A stretch of DNA of 64,000 nucleotides from an uncultured Calditrichaceae bacterium (GCA_964624795.1 CAZUZS010000016.1:6855-70854), one strand, 5' to 3'; positions 19,538 to 29,568 are shown, counted from the first letter of the stretch. Numbers and translations are program-made. Notes: generated by a model from the sequence alone, not told the origin.

Positions 19538-22060
19538 ATGATAAATGTTTTAAGCATGAAGAGCGTTTTAAAAAACCTGTTCATTCTATTCCTGATTCCG
19601 CTTGCGGCTTTTGCCTACACCCCGCAGCCCGGAAGTCCGCTGGCAAATCACAGCCACCCCAGGCTTCACTTAACCCAGGCAAGCCTGCCGGAAATCCGCA
19701 ATATTCTGTCGAGCGAATATGCCGCAGACTACCAGGCGCACGTAACGTGGGCGGCAAATCAGAGCACGAATAATGAAGATAATATCATCTCGGAAGCGGG
19801 GCACAATCCGCTAAGGGCATTAATGGTGCACCAGGCATTTATTGCAGCGGTTGGAACAGTTCCGGGTATCAACTATCCCATTTCTCTGGATGAATTTGCG
19901 AACCGGGCAATTTCGCGGCTGATCAGCCAGTTGAATTCCGGCGAAGAGCTTTCCTACGTGGCGGCATTGACTTACGATTGGACCTACAATTACATGACAA
20001 GCGCGCAAAGATCGCAAATCGCCAACCTGATGGTGAATCGCCGCGTTACGCACAAAGTATTTAATTTTTCTATTGCCAATCCCAACGCAAATCCGGAGCA
20101 AATGTTCAGCAGCAAATATTTTGAGGGGTGCTACCCGTGGTATATCGCGCTCGCCTTCTGGGGGGACGGTCTGATAGATGCTGCTGCGGACAACGCCGTT
20201 GATACATTTTTCAGCACAATGCTAAATTATGGTTACCTGGATGCGCATAATTTCGCAGCTGGCGATGGCGGCGGCTGGACGGAGTGGATCGGATATTCAA
20301 GCTGGCACCCCCGTACCCACCTGCTGCTCATCGATGGGTGGCGGACCGCCACAAACGAGGATTATGTAACACAGAATACGATGGGCGGGAACGCGATAAA
20401 GAATTACAGCAAATTCATGGCCTATGCTATGGACCCGCATAAATATTTTAACCAATATTATACTTATGTCAGAATGGGCGGCGCGCAAACAACCGATGCT
20501 TCGCTGGAGCATTTGTCCATGCAACAGCAGATGCTGACCCTGCCTCGCATTTATGTCAAATCGGGCATGGCAGATGAGGCTGGATTGTTGCGGCAGTTGA
20601 TCGATCAATATGATGTGGGATGGCCTCACTACCAGCAGGATATTCTATGGATCTATCTGGGACTTGCACGGTCAGTTGCGCCAAAAACTGCGGTGGAGTT
20701 GGGACTCCAGCATTCCCTGTGGTCGAAAAACATGGGCATTTTTTTAGCCCGAACCGGCTTCGACAACGACGCCGAAGGAGTGTTTTCGATAACCGCCAGT
20801 CATTTCACCTATGATGGTCACGAAGGTCCGGATGACTTCAACGGATTTGGGCTCGTCAAATTCGGAACCCTGGTAAACACCCGTTACGTGGCCCATCGCG
20901 GTTACGGCAATTTGAATGACTATCCCGGCGCGACGAAAGACAACACTGTCATTTTCGATGGCGGCCACAGCGTGATGCATCCTTCAATTGATGAGCCGTC
21001 CGAATTGCAGAGCGTATTCAACGGGCAGGGTTCATACGATCAGGGCGGGATCGAGCAGGTGACGGCAAGGGACGGAAGTTTTTATCATGTGCGAATAAAC
21101 CTGGACCGCCAGCTTGCCACCGGCTTCTCGCACACCCGGGAATATCTCTGGATGCCGGGGAGCAATCCCCAGACCGATTCCGATTTCCTGATAGTGTACG
21201 ATCGCACCAGTGGGTCCAGCACACCACATTGGACCTATCATGTTCCGTGGCTGCCCGAAGCCGGTAATTACTCCTCCTCGGAAGATATATCTACCGGTAG
21301 CGGAACAACAGACCGGATAGGCACGGCATATTTAGGTTCGAACATTCTCATAAAAGAACTCAACAGCCTGGGCGGTGAGCAGGACAATGACGGCGGGACG
21401 GCCAGCTACACTGGCGGCGGTGTAGCGCATGGCGTGGCATTCGTCCGGACCATTTTACCGGCGAACAGCCGGGTTGAGGTCACCCGGGTTGCTCGTTTTG
21501 ACAATGATGTGCTGAACAGGCAAGGCCCGCTGGCAATAAAATCCCACCGCTGGCAAGTGGATGTTATTCCCCAACAAACAGCTAACGAGCATGAGTTTCT
21601 CAATGTTTTCCAAACAGCCGATGCAAATTCCCACAGTTCGATGACGGCCACCTCCCTGATCGAGGTTGGAAATGTGATGCAGGGAGTCTGGATTCAAAAA
21701 GAGTCTGCGAACCAGCCGAACTACGTTGCTCTTTTCACGAAACAGAACCAGGTCACCAATAGTGCCGTTACCTATACCGTTAGCGGTACCGGGACAGTGA
21801 AGCATGTTATCGTCGGCCTGAATTCCTACACGAATTACGATATTGTAGATGAAAACAGCGGTAGTTCCACAACATTTTCCAGAACAACCGAACCGGGAAT
21901 CCAGGTTTGGGATTACAAGGGTGTGGCAACCAACTACACCGCGGGCGTTCTCTACTTCGAAACCAGCATTTCCGGCAGCCACACTTACCGGATAACCATT
22001 TCGGGAACACAAAACACAACTCCGCCCCAGACGCCGACCAACTTGCGCGTCACTCCTTAA
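19538..22060 (+). CDS. Secreted heparinase II/III-like protein, copy 2 (paralog of 16502..18991)
   Basis: Shares long identical blocks with copy 1 (PLANHSHPRLHLTQ, FSSKYFEGCY, EWIGYSSWHPRTHLL, AHRGYGNL, DQGGIEQVT, LAIKSHRWQ). Start at the ATG behind GGAGGAG (track start 19511). Confidence 0.6.
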   Translation: MINVLSMKSVLKNLFILFLIPLAAFAYTPQPGSPLANHSHPRLHLTQASLPEIRNILSSEYAADYQAHVTWAANQSTNNEDNIISEAGHNPLRALMVHQAFIAAVGTVPGINYPISLDEFANRAISRLISQLNSGEELSYVAALTYDWTYNYMTSAQRSQIANLMVNRRVTHKVFNFSIANPNANPEQMFSSKYFEGCYPWYIALAFWGDGLIDAAADNAVDTFFSTMLNYGYLDAHNFAAGDGGGWTEWIGYSSWHPRTHLLLIDGWRTATNEDYVTQNTMGGNAIKNYSKFMAYAMDPHKYFNQYYTYVRMGGAQTTDASLEHLSMQQQMLTLPRIYVKSGMADEAGLLRQLIDQYDVGWPHYQQDILWIYLGLARSVAPKTAVELGLQHSLWSKNMGIFLARTGFDNDAEGVFSITASHFTYDGHEGPDDFNGFGLVKFGTLVNTRYVAHRGYGNLNDYPGATKDNTVIFDGGHSVMHPSIDEPSELQSVFNGQGSYDQGGIEQVTARDGSFYHVRINLDRQLATGFSHTREYLWMPGSNPQTDSDFLIVYDRTSGSSTPHWTYHVPWLPEAGNYSSSEDISTGSGTTDRIGTAYLGSNILIKELNSLGGEQDNDGGTASYTGGGVAHGVAFVRTILPANSRVEVTRVARFDNDVLNRQGPLAIKSHRWQVDVIPQQTANEHEFLNVFQTADANSHSSMTATSLIEVGNVMQGVWIQKESANQPNYVALFTKQNQVTNSAVTYTVSGTGTVKHVIVGLNSYTNYDIVDENSGSSTTFSRTTEPGIQVWDYKGVATNYTAGVLYFETSISGSHTYRITISGTQNTTPPQTPTNLRVTP

Positions 22061-22108
22061 ATGATTTAGACTGCAAGGCGCTTTTTTCAAACAACTCTAT
22101 CTTGCATT

Positions 22109-22135
22109 GCCCCGGATATATTTCCGGGGCTTCTT
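22109..22135 (+). terminator. Intrinsic terminator after the second lyase-like gene
   Basis: gccccgga-tatatt-tccggggc followed by ttctt. Confidence 0.65.
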
Positions 22136-22255
22136 ATAATGGTGTCCAAATGCCATCTAAACAAAGGAGCAATTTCTCTCATTCATGCCCAATAGAAAAA
22201 CTTTTTATGATTCTTCCCGTAATTTTATTAATTTTCAATTTTGAGGAAGCAATCG

Positions 22256-22843
22256 ATGATACACACCGACAACCCAAAACCAGATTTTAGATTTGCTCCT
22301 CTTGGCAAAACGAACTGGAAGGATTTCGAGCAACTGTTTGGCGAGAGAGGCGCATGCGGCGGATGCTGGTGCATGTGGTGGCGCCTGACCCGGCCGGAAT
22401 TCGAGCAGCAGAAAGGCGGTGGAAACAAAACTGCCATAAAAAACCTGGTTGAAGCCGGCAAGACACTGGGTATCCTGGCGTACGATAAAAACAATGCCGT
22501 CGGCTGGTGCGCAATTGCTCCGCGGGAAGAATACCCGAGGCTTGACAGATCGAGAATCCTGCAAAAAGTGGACGATAAAGCAGTGTGGTCGGTAACCTGT
22601 TTCTTCATCGATAAGAAACACCGGAAACAGGGACTAACCATCAAACTCTTAAATGCGGCCGGGGAGCATGTAAAAGAACACGGTGGCAGGATCATTGAGG
22701 GGTATCCGGTTGAGCCGAAAAAAGAGAGCGTGCCGGATGTGTTTGTATACACCGGCCTGGCATCCGCATTCAGGAGCGCCGGCTTTAAAGAGGTCCTCAG
22801 GCGTTCCGAAACCAGGCCAATCATGCGATATGAGATAGAATAA
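22256..22843 (+). CDS. GNAT family N-acetyltransferase with CGGCWC motif
   Basis: CGGCWCMWWR, GWCAIAPREEY, WSVTCFFI...RKQG and IEGYP motifs. Confidence 0.8.
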   Translation: MIHTDNPKPDFRFAPLGKTNWKDFEQLFGERGACGGCWCMWWRLTRPEFEQQKGGGNKTAIKNLVEAGKTLGILAYDKNNAVGWCAIAPREEYPRLDRSRILQKVDDKAVWSVTCFFIDKKHRKQGLTIKLLNAAGEHVKEHGGRIIEGYPVEPKKESVPDVFVYTGLASAFRSAGFKEVLRRSETRPIMRYEIE

Positions 22844-22934
22844 TTGGCCGGTCTTTCATTCCCCGGTATCCAGAAAAAATAGTGGGGACACAGATCAGAA
22901 CTGTTCATAATTTTGAAGAAACGGGGGTACTAAA

Positions 22935-23912
22935 ATGCAATATTTCAACGAAAGCACCATCCGCTCCCAACTGACCGAAAGACGCCACAAGCTGAATGAA
23001 GCGCTGGCCAGGAATAAAGAGATGCCCGATCTCCACCGGCTTCTAAATGAAGTAGATCTGGCGTTGGAAAGAATGGATAACGGAACCTACGGCCTTTGCG
23101 AAACATGCCATGATGAAATTGAGCCGGAGCGTTTGGCAGTGGATCCGCTCCTGCGCTTCTGCCTCGACCACCTGAATTTTGATCAGCAACGTGCGCTCGA
23201 ACAGGATTTGGTGCTGGCGTCGCAAATACAGGGCGCGCTGCTGCCCAAAAGAGACATGTCCACCGGGATATGGGATGTTTCATATCACTATAAACCGGCC
23301 GGCCCGGTAAGCGGCGATTATTGCGACCTGGTGAGCAACAATAATGGTGAGCTATTTTTTATCTTGGGAGATGTTTCCGGGAAAGGGGTTTCGGCCTCTA
23401 TGTTGATGACGCATCTTCATGCCATATTCCACAGCCTGGTAACGTTCGATCTCTCTGCAAGCCAGTTGATGGAGAAAGTGAACTCTCTTTTTTGTGAAAG
23501 CACGCTTTCCACCCATTATGCGACTCTGGTATGCGGAAAAACCGGTCCCACCGGGGAGGTAGAAATCTGCAACGCCGGACACCCGCCCATTTTCCAGATC
23601 AGGGATGGAGAAGTTCTTGGCATTGAAGCGACCGGCCTTCCAATCGGGTTGTTTTGCAATGGACAGTACACCGCAAAACACATAAATTTGGCACCCGGTG
23701 AAAAACTCTTCCTTTATACTGACGGACTGTCCGAATCGTGGAACGAAAAAGAAGAATACGGAATAGACCGCATCGCAAGGCTGGCAGGTACGCTGTACGA
23801 CAAAAGTCCGGCTTTGCTGATAAGCTCGTATATGAAAGACCTCAGCACATTTATGTCCGGCCTGCCGGGAAAAGATGATTTATCCATGCTGGTTATTCAG
23901 CGGTCAAGATAG
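22935..23912 (+). CDS. PP2C/SpoIIE (RsbU-like) phosphatase with N-terminal DksA/TraR-type zinc finger
   Basis: C-terminal SGDYCD, LGDVSGKG, CNAGH, LYTDGL and DDLS motifs; N-terminal ALERMDNGTYGLCETC...ERL..P..RFCLDH. Confidence 0.88.
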   Translation: MQYFNESTIRSQLTERRHKLNEALARNKEMPDLHRLLNEVDLALERMDNGTYGLCETCHDEIEPERLAVDPLLRFCLDHLNFDQQRALEQDLVLASQIQGALLPKRDMSTGIWDVSYHYKPAGPVSGDYCDLVSNNNGELFFILGDVSGKGVSASMLMTHLHAIFHSLVTFDLSASQLMEKVNSLFCESTLSTHYATLVCGKTGPTGEVEICNAGHPPIFQIRDGEVLGIEATGLPIGLFCNGQYTAKHINLAPGEKLFLYTDGLSESWNEKEEYGIDRIARLAGTLYDKSPALLISSYMKDLSTFMSGLPGKDDLSMLVIQRSR

Positions 23913-24156
23913 AACCCAAATATTGGATTTTGCCGCCATAATCGGATGTTTCCGGATTGGTGGCTGCGACGCGTTCAAAATGCGCCACGGTGCAACCGGA
24001 ACCTTTTTCTTGAAACTGTTTGTAATTCAAAGAACAACTGCGATTGGCTTTTCATTGTACCGACTCTTATGTAAGATTCTTTTTCATTAAAATAGAATTT
24101 GTTTCCCGATCAAAATAAGGAGTGAGAATTAATCATCTAAACAGGAGGGCAATTCA

Positions 24157-25641
24157 ATGAAAAGCATCAAGTTATTTGCGATTCTGTTTCTTCTAATCAT
24201 CTTCATATCCTTTCCGGTTCAAAATGCGGGCGGGCAGGATTACGTATTAATTGGCTGGAACGACCTGGGAATGCACTGCTCCAATAAGAATTTCTCTAAA
24301 ATTGCGGTGCTGCCTCCCTACAACAACATCTATGCGCAATTAATAATGAAAATGCCGGGGCAGCTTCCGCAAGTTGTTACTACCGGATACGAGATATCGT
24401 ATTCAATTCCATATAATACGTATTCTGTTGGAAAAACCGATTTCTGGACCTATGCCCAGCAGCTTTTTGGTCTGGCCAATCCCTTGCCGGACAATATTGG
24501 CTTAACCGGGAAAGGGCTGACCGGAACTCTGGATATTAATGGCAATTACTTCCGGGCAGAGGGCATTCCGTTGACTCCCTACCCCGATACCAGCCTGACC
24601 CACGAAGAGCCGTTCCAGCTCATTCATCTGGAAGCGCGTGAGACCGGCGGAAGCACAATTCTGGCAACCACCGATGCCGTTATACCAGTAAGCAATGAAA
24701 TGGGCTGTGTCCAGTCGGGCTGCCACTCATCCGAGCAGGATATCTTGAACCAACATGAAAATGTTGCCGGATTTAATATCAACGGCCCAAATCTTTGCGC
24801 GAGCTGCCATGCAGACAATGCGCTTGGAACAACCGGAACGAGCGAAGCCGGAATATTTTCTTATCGGATGCACCGCCAACATGCGGAATTGAATCTGCCC
24901 AACACAATCGAAACATGCTACATGTGTCATCCAGGCCCGACAACACAGTGCCTTAGGGGTGTTATGCGAACCGGGATTTCAAATCCCCTAATTTGCCAGG
25001 ATTGCCACGGAAGCCTGAGCCAGGTTGCGCAATCGATCTCTGCCGGACGTGAACCCTGGCTGGAGGAGCCCCGTTGTGGCGATGCCGCCTGCCACGGGAG
25101 CAATTTTGCCGAAGAGCCCGGCCTTCTCTTCCGGCAATCGCAGGGCCACGGCGCATTATTTTGCTCTGCCTGCCACGGAAGTCCGCACGCCATCTTCCCC
25201 ACCCGAGAAGCGAACGACAATCTTCAGAACATAAGATTGCAAGGTTATGCCGGAATCCTGCGGGATTGTATGGTGTGCCACACTTCGGTGCCTTCCTCGC
25301 CGGGGCCTCATGGTGTAATGTTTACAAATATCACTGCAAGCAACAATGCTCTGCCGGGCGATTTCCGCCTGGCCCAAAACTACCCCAATCCTTTTAATCC
25401 GGTGACAAATATTTCCTTTGAAATATCGCAAACCGCTTTCGTAACCATGACGATTTACGACGTTTTGGGAAAAAGGGTGGAAACCATCGTGAACCAGAAA
25501 ATGAAACCGGGCAGATACGAAGTCAAATGGAATGCCGGGGAATCCACGAGCGGTTTGTATTTTTACAGATTGATGGTGGTTCCGGAGAATCCATCAATTG
25601 CTGTCTTTGAAATGATGAAGAAAATGGTTCTTATGAAGTAA
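24157..25641 (+). CDS. Multiheme c-type cytochrome with T9SS C-terminal sorting domain
   Basis: Signal peptide; 5 CxxCH and 2 CX4CH motifs; C-terminal QNYPNPFNPVTNISF...IYDVLGKRV...GLYFYRL...KKMVLMK. Confidence 0.88.
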   Translation: MKSIKLFAILFLLIIFISFPVQNAGGQDYVLIGWNDLGMHCSNKNFSKIAVLPPYNNIYAQLIMKMPGQLPQVVTTGYEISYSIPYNTYSVGKTDFWTYAQQLFGLANPLPDNIGLTGKGLTGTLDINGNYFRAEGIPLTPYPDTSLTHEEPFQLIHLEARETGGSTILATTDAVIPVSNEMGCVQSGCHSSEQDILNQHENVAGFNINGPNLCASCHADNALGTTGTSEAGIFSYRMHRQHAELNLPNTIETCYMCHPGPTTQCLRGVMRTGISNPLICQDCHGSLSQVAQSISAGREPWLEEPRCGDAACHGSNFAEEPGLLFRQSQGHGALFCSACHGSPHAIFPTREANDNLQNIRLQGYAGILRDCMVCHTSVPSSPGPHGVMFTNITASNNALPGDFRLAQNYPNPFNPVTNISFEISQTAFVTMTIYDVLGKRVETIVNQKMKPGRYEVKWNAGESTSGLYFYRLMVVPENPSIAVFEMMKKMVLMK

Positions 25642-25703
25642 GGTTATTGCTTTCAAAAAGGTAAATATCCGAGCGGCTTGATAGAAACTCCACGCTCATC
25701 ATA

Positions 25704-25746
25704 AAAGACCGGTCCGGGATAAATATGAATTCCCGAACCGGTCTTT
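25704..25746. terminator. Probable bidirectional terminator between convergent genes
   Basis: aaagaccggt-c-cggga...tcccg-a-accggtcttt long stem with A and T flanks. Confidence 0.65.
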
Positions 25747-25835
25747 GAAATTGTTACAATTATTGATCCTGATTTCGATCAGCTAAGCAGCGTCCAAGCG
25801 CCGAGTACATCGAATTTACCAGATTGCAGTAGAAA

Positions 25836-26852
25836 TCAGTATTTTGCCAGGTCTTCGCCTGCTTCGCTTCTTAACTTGTCCAGCAGTGCGATGTAAGCTT
25901 CGTGCTGTTTTGTTTGTTCCAACCTCTGCTTAATTTCGTCCCGAACTTCGTCAAGTGGACGTGTTTCCTTTTTTCTGTTAATCACCTTTAAAATATGGTA
26001 ACCATAGCGGGTTTCAATGATTCCGCTGAATTGGCCTACCGGGACGCTGAAAGCAGCATCTTCAAACGGCTTTACCATCTGGCCGCGGGGAAAATTCTCA
26101 TACAAACCGGCATTTTGCTTAACGCCCGGGTCTTCCGAATACTTTTTCACCAGTTGTTCAAAATTCTCGCCTTTTTTCGCACGCGCCAGGAGATCTTCCA
26201 TTTTTTTGTAAATTTCCTGTTTCGCCGAATCACTTTTTCCCTGTGTGCTGAGCAGGAGATGTCTTACCGTTGCGGTTTTGTCTTCGTTATAAGCTTCTTT
26301 GATCTCATCTTCCGTCACTTCGGTATCTTGTGCCAGAGCATTTTTTAGATATTGCTGGATGGTGAGTCCGGTTCGTATTTGTTCTTTGACAAAATCCAGC
26401 TTCACACCATTTTTGGTCAATAACTCCGCAAATTTTTCTTCGCCACCGGCTCGCTTATACTGTTCGTTTAAGGCGCTGTCCAATTCTGCTTGTGGCAGGA
26501 CTATGTTGGTTTTTTCGGCAGCAGTCAGCAATATTTTTTTATCCGCCAGATCTTCAGCAATCTTATTTATGATCTCCTTTATCCGTGTGCTGTCCATATT
26601 CTTCAACTGATTGGCCTGGTTTCCGTAACTCGCCTGAATCTGTTCGAAGACCTCACCGGTTGTGATGTTAAAATCGGTCGCGGACACGATAATGTTGTTT
26701 TTGTCCGGATCATAAAACGGTGTTTTGGTTGAAATATCCTTTGCCAACTGGTATGCTGCTGTCCCTTCTTCCAGTTTTACATTTGACTGTTTCTTTCCGC
26801 AGCCAAATACGAGTATATTCAGCAACACGGCAAAGACGAAAATTTTCTTCAT
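25836..26852 (-). CDS. Parvulin-type peptidyl-prolyl isomerase lipoprotein (PrsA/SurA-like)
   Basis: Lipobox VFGC; SurA-like helical N-terminus; ATVRHLL, YSEDPG, GQMVKPFEDAAF and TRYGYHILKV motifs. Confidence 0.9.
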   Translation of the reverse strand: MKKIFVFAVLLNILVFGCGKKQSNVKLEEGTAAYQLAKDISTKTPFYDPDKNNIIVSATDFNITTGEVFEQIQASYGNQANQLKNMDSTRIKEIINKIAEDLADKKILLTAAEKTNIVLPQAELDSALNEQYKRAGGEEKFAELLTKNGVKLDFVKEQIRTGLTIQQYLKNALAQDTEVTEDEIKEAYNEDKTATVRHLLLSTQGKSDSAKQEIYKKMEDLLARAKKGENFEQLVKKYSEDPGVKQNAGLYENFPRGQMVKPFEDAAFSVPVGQFSGIIETRYGYHILKVINRKKETRPLDEVRDEIKQRLEQTKQHEAYIALLDKLRSEAGEDLAKY

Positions 26853-27219
26853 GCTTATCCCCTTAAATAGTTGTTGTTTTCATTCCGGTTAATCCTAAAG
26901 CTTAACAAAGTAGCAAAATAATTTAATTATTCATAATGTTAAAATAAAACCCCGACTCCCCAAAGAGCAGGTAAAATCGATATCCAATGGCACTTCAAAA
27001 AAATAGCACAGTATTTCGAATTACTGTGCCAATTATAATAAACTCCTCTTAAAACTATCTCAACCCGGTTTCATATATTTATGATAATTACGATAGTTCC
27101 GCAAAAAAATAAATGCTTTTGGGAAGCTCGGGATTATCGGAATTTTCTGGTAGTTGCTTGCTTCAAAGCTTTATTTTTTGGATATTTCAGGTCGATTTTT
27201 TTACAAACGGAGGTTTCAA

Positions 27220-29232
27220 ATGCGTTTTTTGGTTTTTGCAATTCTGCCGTTCTTTCTTCTGCTTTCGTGCAGTTCCTCTAAAGAGGATGCTTATAAAGAA
27301 ATGCGCAAGATGGAGTATGCCAGGAATATTAATCATGGGAAATTTGTTCATTTGTTGAACAGCAAGGATGCCGATATCCGCTTAAGAGCTGTTGAAACGC
27401 TCGGCAGGGTGCAGGATTCCACGACGATAGTGCTTGTGGCAAATCAACTTTCGGATGAAGATTTCAGAATTCGCGAAGCGGCAGCTTTTGCATTAGGGCA
27501 GTTTCCTTCACGAAACATCGAACAATTGATCGAGGACGGCATGCGCTATGAAACAAATGATAGCGTTCGTCTCCAGTCTTTAGAAGCTTTGGGAAAAGTT
27601 GGTACCGACAAATCCTATTTACGTTTCACGGATTACCTCCAGGATACGAAATCGGACTTCGTGAAAGCGGCAGCCGTTGCTTGTGGAATTTCCGCATACC
27701 GGGGCTACCCTCCATTTTCTGCGGTAAACAGCCTTGTCGCCCAGCTTAAAATGTCAACAGAACCCGATGTTAGATGGCGGTGTGCTTATGCACTGTACCG
27801 AATCGGATCGCCTGCAGCATTGGCAGAACTTTACCAGGCTTTGGATAAAGCCGATCCCATGACCCGATTTTTCGATCTCAAGGCCTTGAATGCGATTGTC
27901 GGGCTGATGCAATCTCACCAGTTCGATAAATACAGAAATACCGAATCAGCAAGAAAGATACAGGTTGCCGCCCAATCACCTGAATTTGTTAACGCCCTTG
28001 AAGAAACCATGCAGGATTCCGCATGGTACGTCCGTTACGCCGATTTAAAATTGATGGGAACACTGGCATATCCCACTTTGTGGCACACGGTTGAACAGGG
28101 CTTAAAAGATCGCCAGGCACACGTGAGAGAGGCTGCTTTGGAGGCTGCTGCTAATTATCATAATTCTGCTTCCGAAGTATTGTTGACTGATTTCATCATA
28201 GGAACTGATAATTGGAGAGAGAAAGGAATAGCGCTTGGATCGCTCGCCGAAATCGATTCGATGAAAGTATTAGATATTATAAAAAAATCGATTGACGGCA
28301 GTTCCTGGCCGGAAAATTATTATCTCATAAAAGTGCTGCAGGAGATTGATTCGCCGGCTTCTACAAATTTGTTGATAAAGATGGCGGAAGTCCCCAACAT
28401 GGCGCAGGTGAGTTTGGTGTTTGAAGGTTTGGTTAATCAATCCACCGTTCCATTGGGTTTGCTAATTGAAAAATTACAGCTAAATGATCCCGCGGTAACA
28501 ACTATTATTGCCAGTAAGCTGGCTTTAGTCAAAGATACCACAACCGTGCCGGCACTAATTTCTACATATAAGAAACTACATGCTCCTGTTGATATTGAGC
28601 CGATGCAGCAGATTTTGGTAGCTTTGGACAGCATAAACAGCAGGAAAGCTGTGCCGCTCCTGGAACAAGAATTGGCCAATCCGTTTCCGTTAATTCATAA
28701 TTCGGCTAGAGAAGCACTCAAACACATTACCTCGCAGGACTATCAACTGCCTGCTGTTGCCAATCAGTCGATGACGCGCTGGAATTTTCCATCGGTGGAT
28801 CCAAAATCAAGACCAAAAATTAAATTCACAACTACCAAAGGTGATTTTGTAATTGTTCTATATCCTGATAAAGCTCCGGTAACTGTCGCTAATTTTATTC
28901 AGCTCGTTAATTCAGAATTTTATAACGATATCTATTTTCACCGGGTGATCCCCGGCTTTGTTATTCAGGGAGGAGATCCAAGAGGCGACGGCTGGGGCGG
29001 CCCGGGTTACACCATCCCGTGTGAATACAACGACATATTTTATGACCGCGGTGTTGTTGGCGTCGCACATGCTGGCAAGGATACGGGGGGAAGTCAATTT
29101 TTTATAACACAGACACCTCAACCACATTTGAATGGAAAACATACGGCATTTGGCCGGGTAATTTCCGGAATGAAGGTTGTTGATAAAATACAAATATTCG
29201 ATAAAATTTTAAAGGCGGAACTTATAAAATAA
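27220..29232 (+). CDS. HEAT-repeat lipoprotein with C-terminal cyclophilin PPIase domain
   Basis: Lipobox LLSC after the ATG behind GGAGG; repeated HEAT/PBS units; FHRVIPGFVIQGGDP, GGSQFFIT and HLNGKHTAFGRV motifs. Confidence 0.88.
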   Translation: MRFLVFAILPFFLLLSCSSSKEDAYKEMRKMEYARNINHGKFVHLLNSKDADIRLRAVETLGRVQDSTTIVLVANQLSDEDFRIREAAAFALGQFPSRNIEQLIEDGMRYETNDSVRLQSLEALGKVGTDKSYLRFTDYLQDTKSDFVKAAAVACGISAYRGYPPFSAVNSLVAQLKMSTEPDVRWRCAYALYRIGSPAALAELYQALDKADPMTRFFDLKALNAIVGLMQSHQFDKYRNTESARKIQVAAQSPEFVNALEETMQDSAWYVRYADLKLMGTLAYPTLWHTVEQGLKDRQAHVREAALEAAANYHNSASEVLLTDFIIGTDNWREKGIALGSLAEIDSMKVLDIIKKSIDGSSWPENYYLIKVLQEIDSPASTNLLIKMAEVPNMAQVSLVFEGLVNQSTVPLGLLIEKLQLNDPAVTTIIASKLALVKDTTTVPALISTYKKLHAPVDIEPMQQILVALDSINSRKAVPLLEQELANPFPLIHNSAREALKHITSQDYQLPAVANQSMTRWNFPSVDPKSRPKIKFTTTKGDFVIVLYPDKAPVTVANFIQLVNSEFYNDIYFHRVIPGFVIQGGDPRGDGWGGPGYTIPCEYNDIFYDRGVVGVAHAGKDTGGSQFFITQTPQPHLNGKHTAFGRVISGMKVVDKIQIFDKILKAELIK

Positions 29233-29325
29233 TATTGTAAAAAATTCATAATTTACGGGAGCTTATGAAACTTTTATGTATCAAATGGCATCTAAAATTA
29301 TGTAATATTTTGTGGAGGAATTAAA

Positions 29326-29568
29326 TTGCCAACCTATCATTATCATTGTAAGGAATGTGGTTATGAATTCGAACGGTTCAGTTCGATTACATCATACAGT
29401 AAAGAACTGGAATGTCCTGTTTGCAGGGGGAAAGCATCCCTTTCTATTTCGGGAGGTACGGGAATGATATTCAAAGGGAGTGGTTTTTATATTACAGATT
29501 ATCAACGAAAGAATTCTTATTCTTCCGGAAATGGAAAGGATTCCAAAAAGGAAGATAAAAAGGAATAG
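29326..29568 (+). CDS. FmdB-family zinc-ribbon protein
   Basis: MPTYHYHCKEC...CPVC...FKGSGFYITDY; TTG start behind GGAGG. Confidence 0.85.
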   Translation: MPTYHYHCKECGYEFERFSSITSYSKELECPVCRGKASLSISGGTGMIFKGSGFYITDYQRKNSYSSGNGKDSKKEDKKE

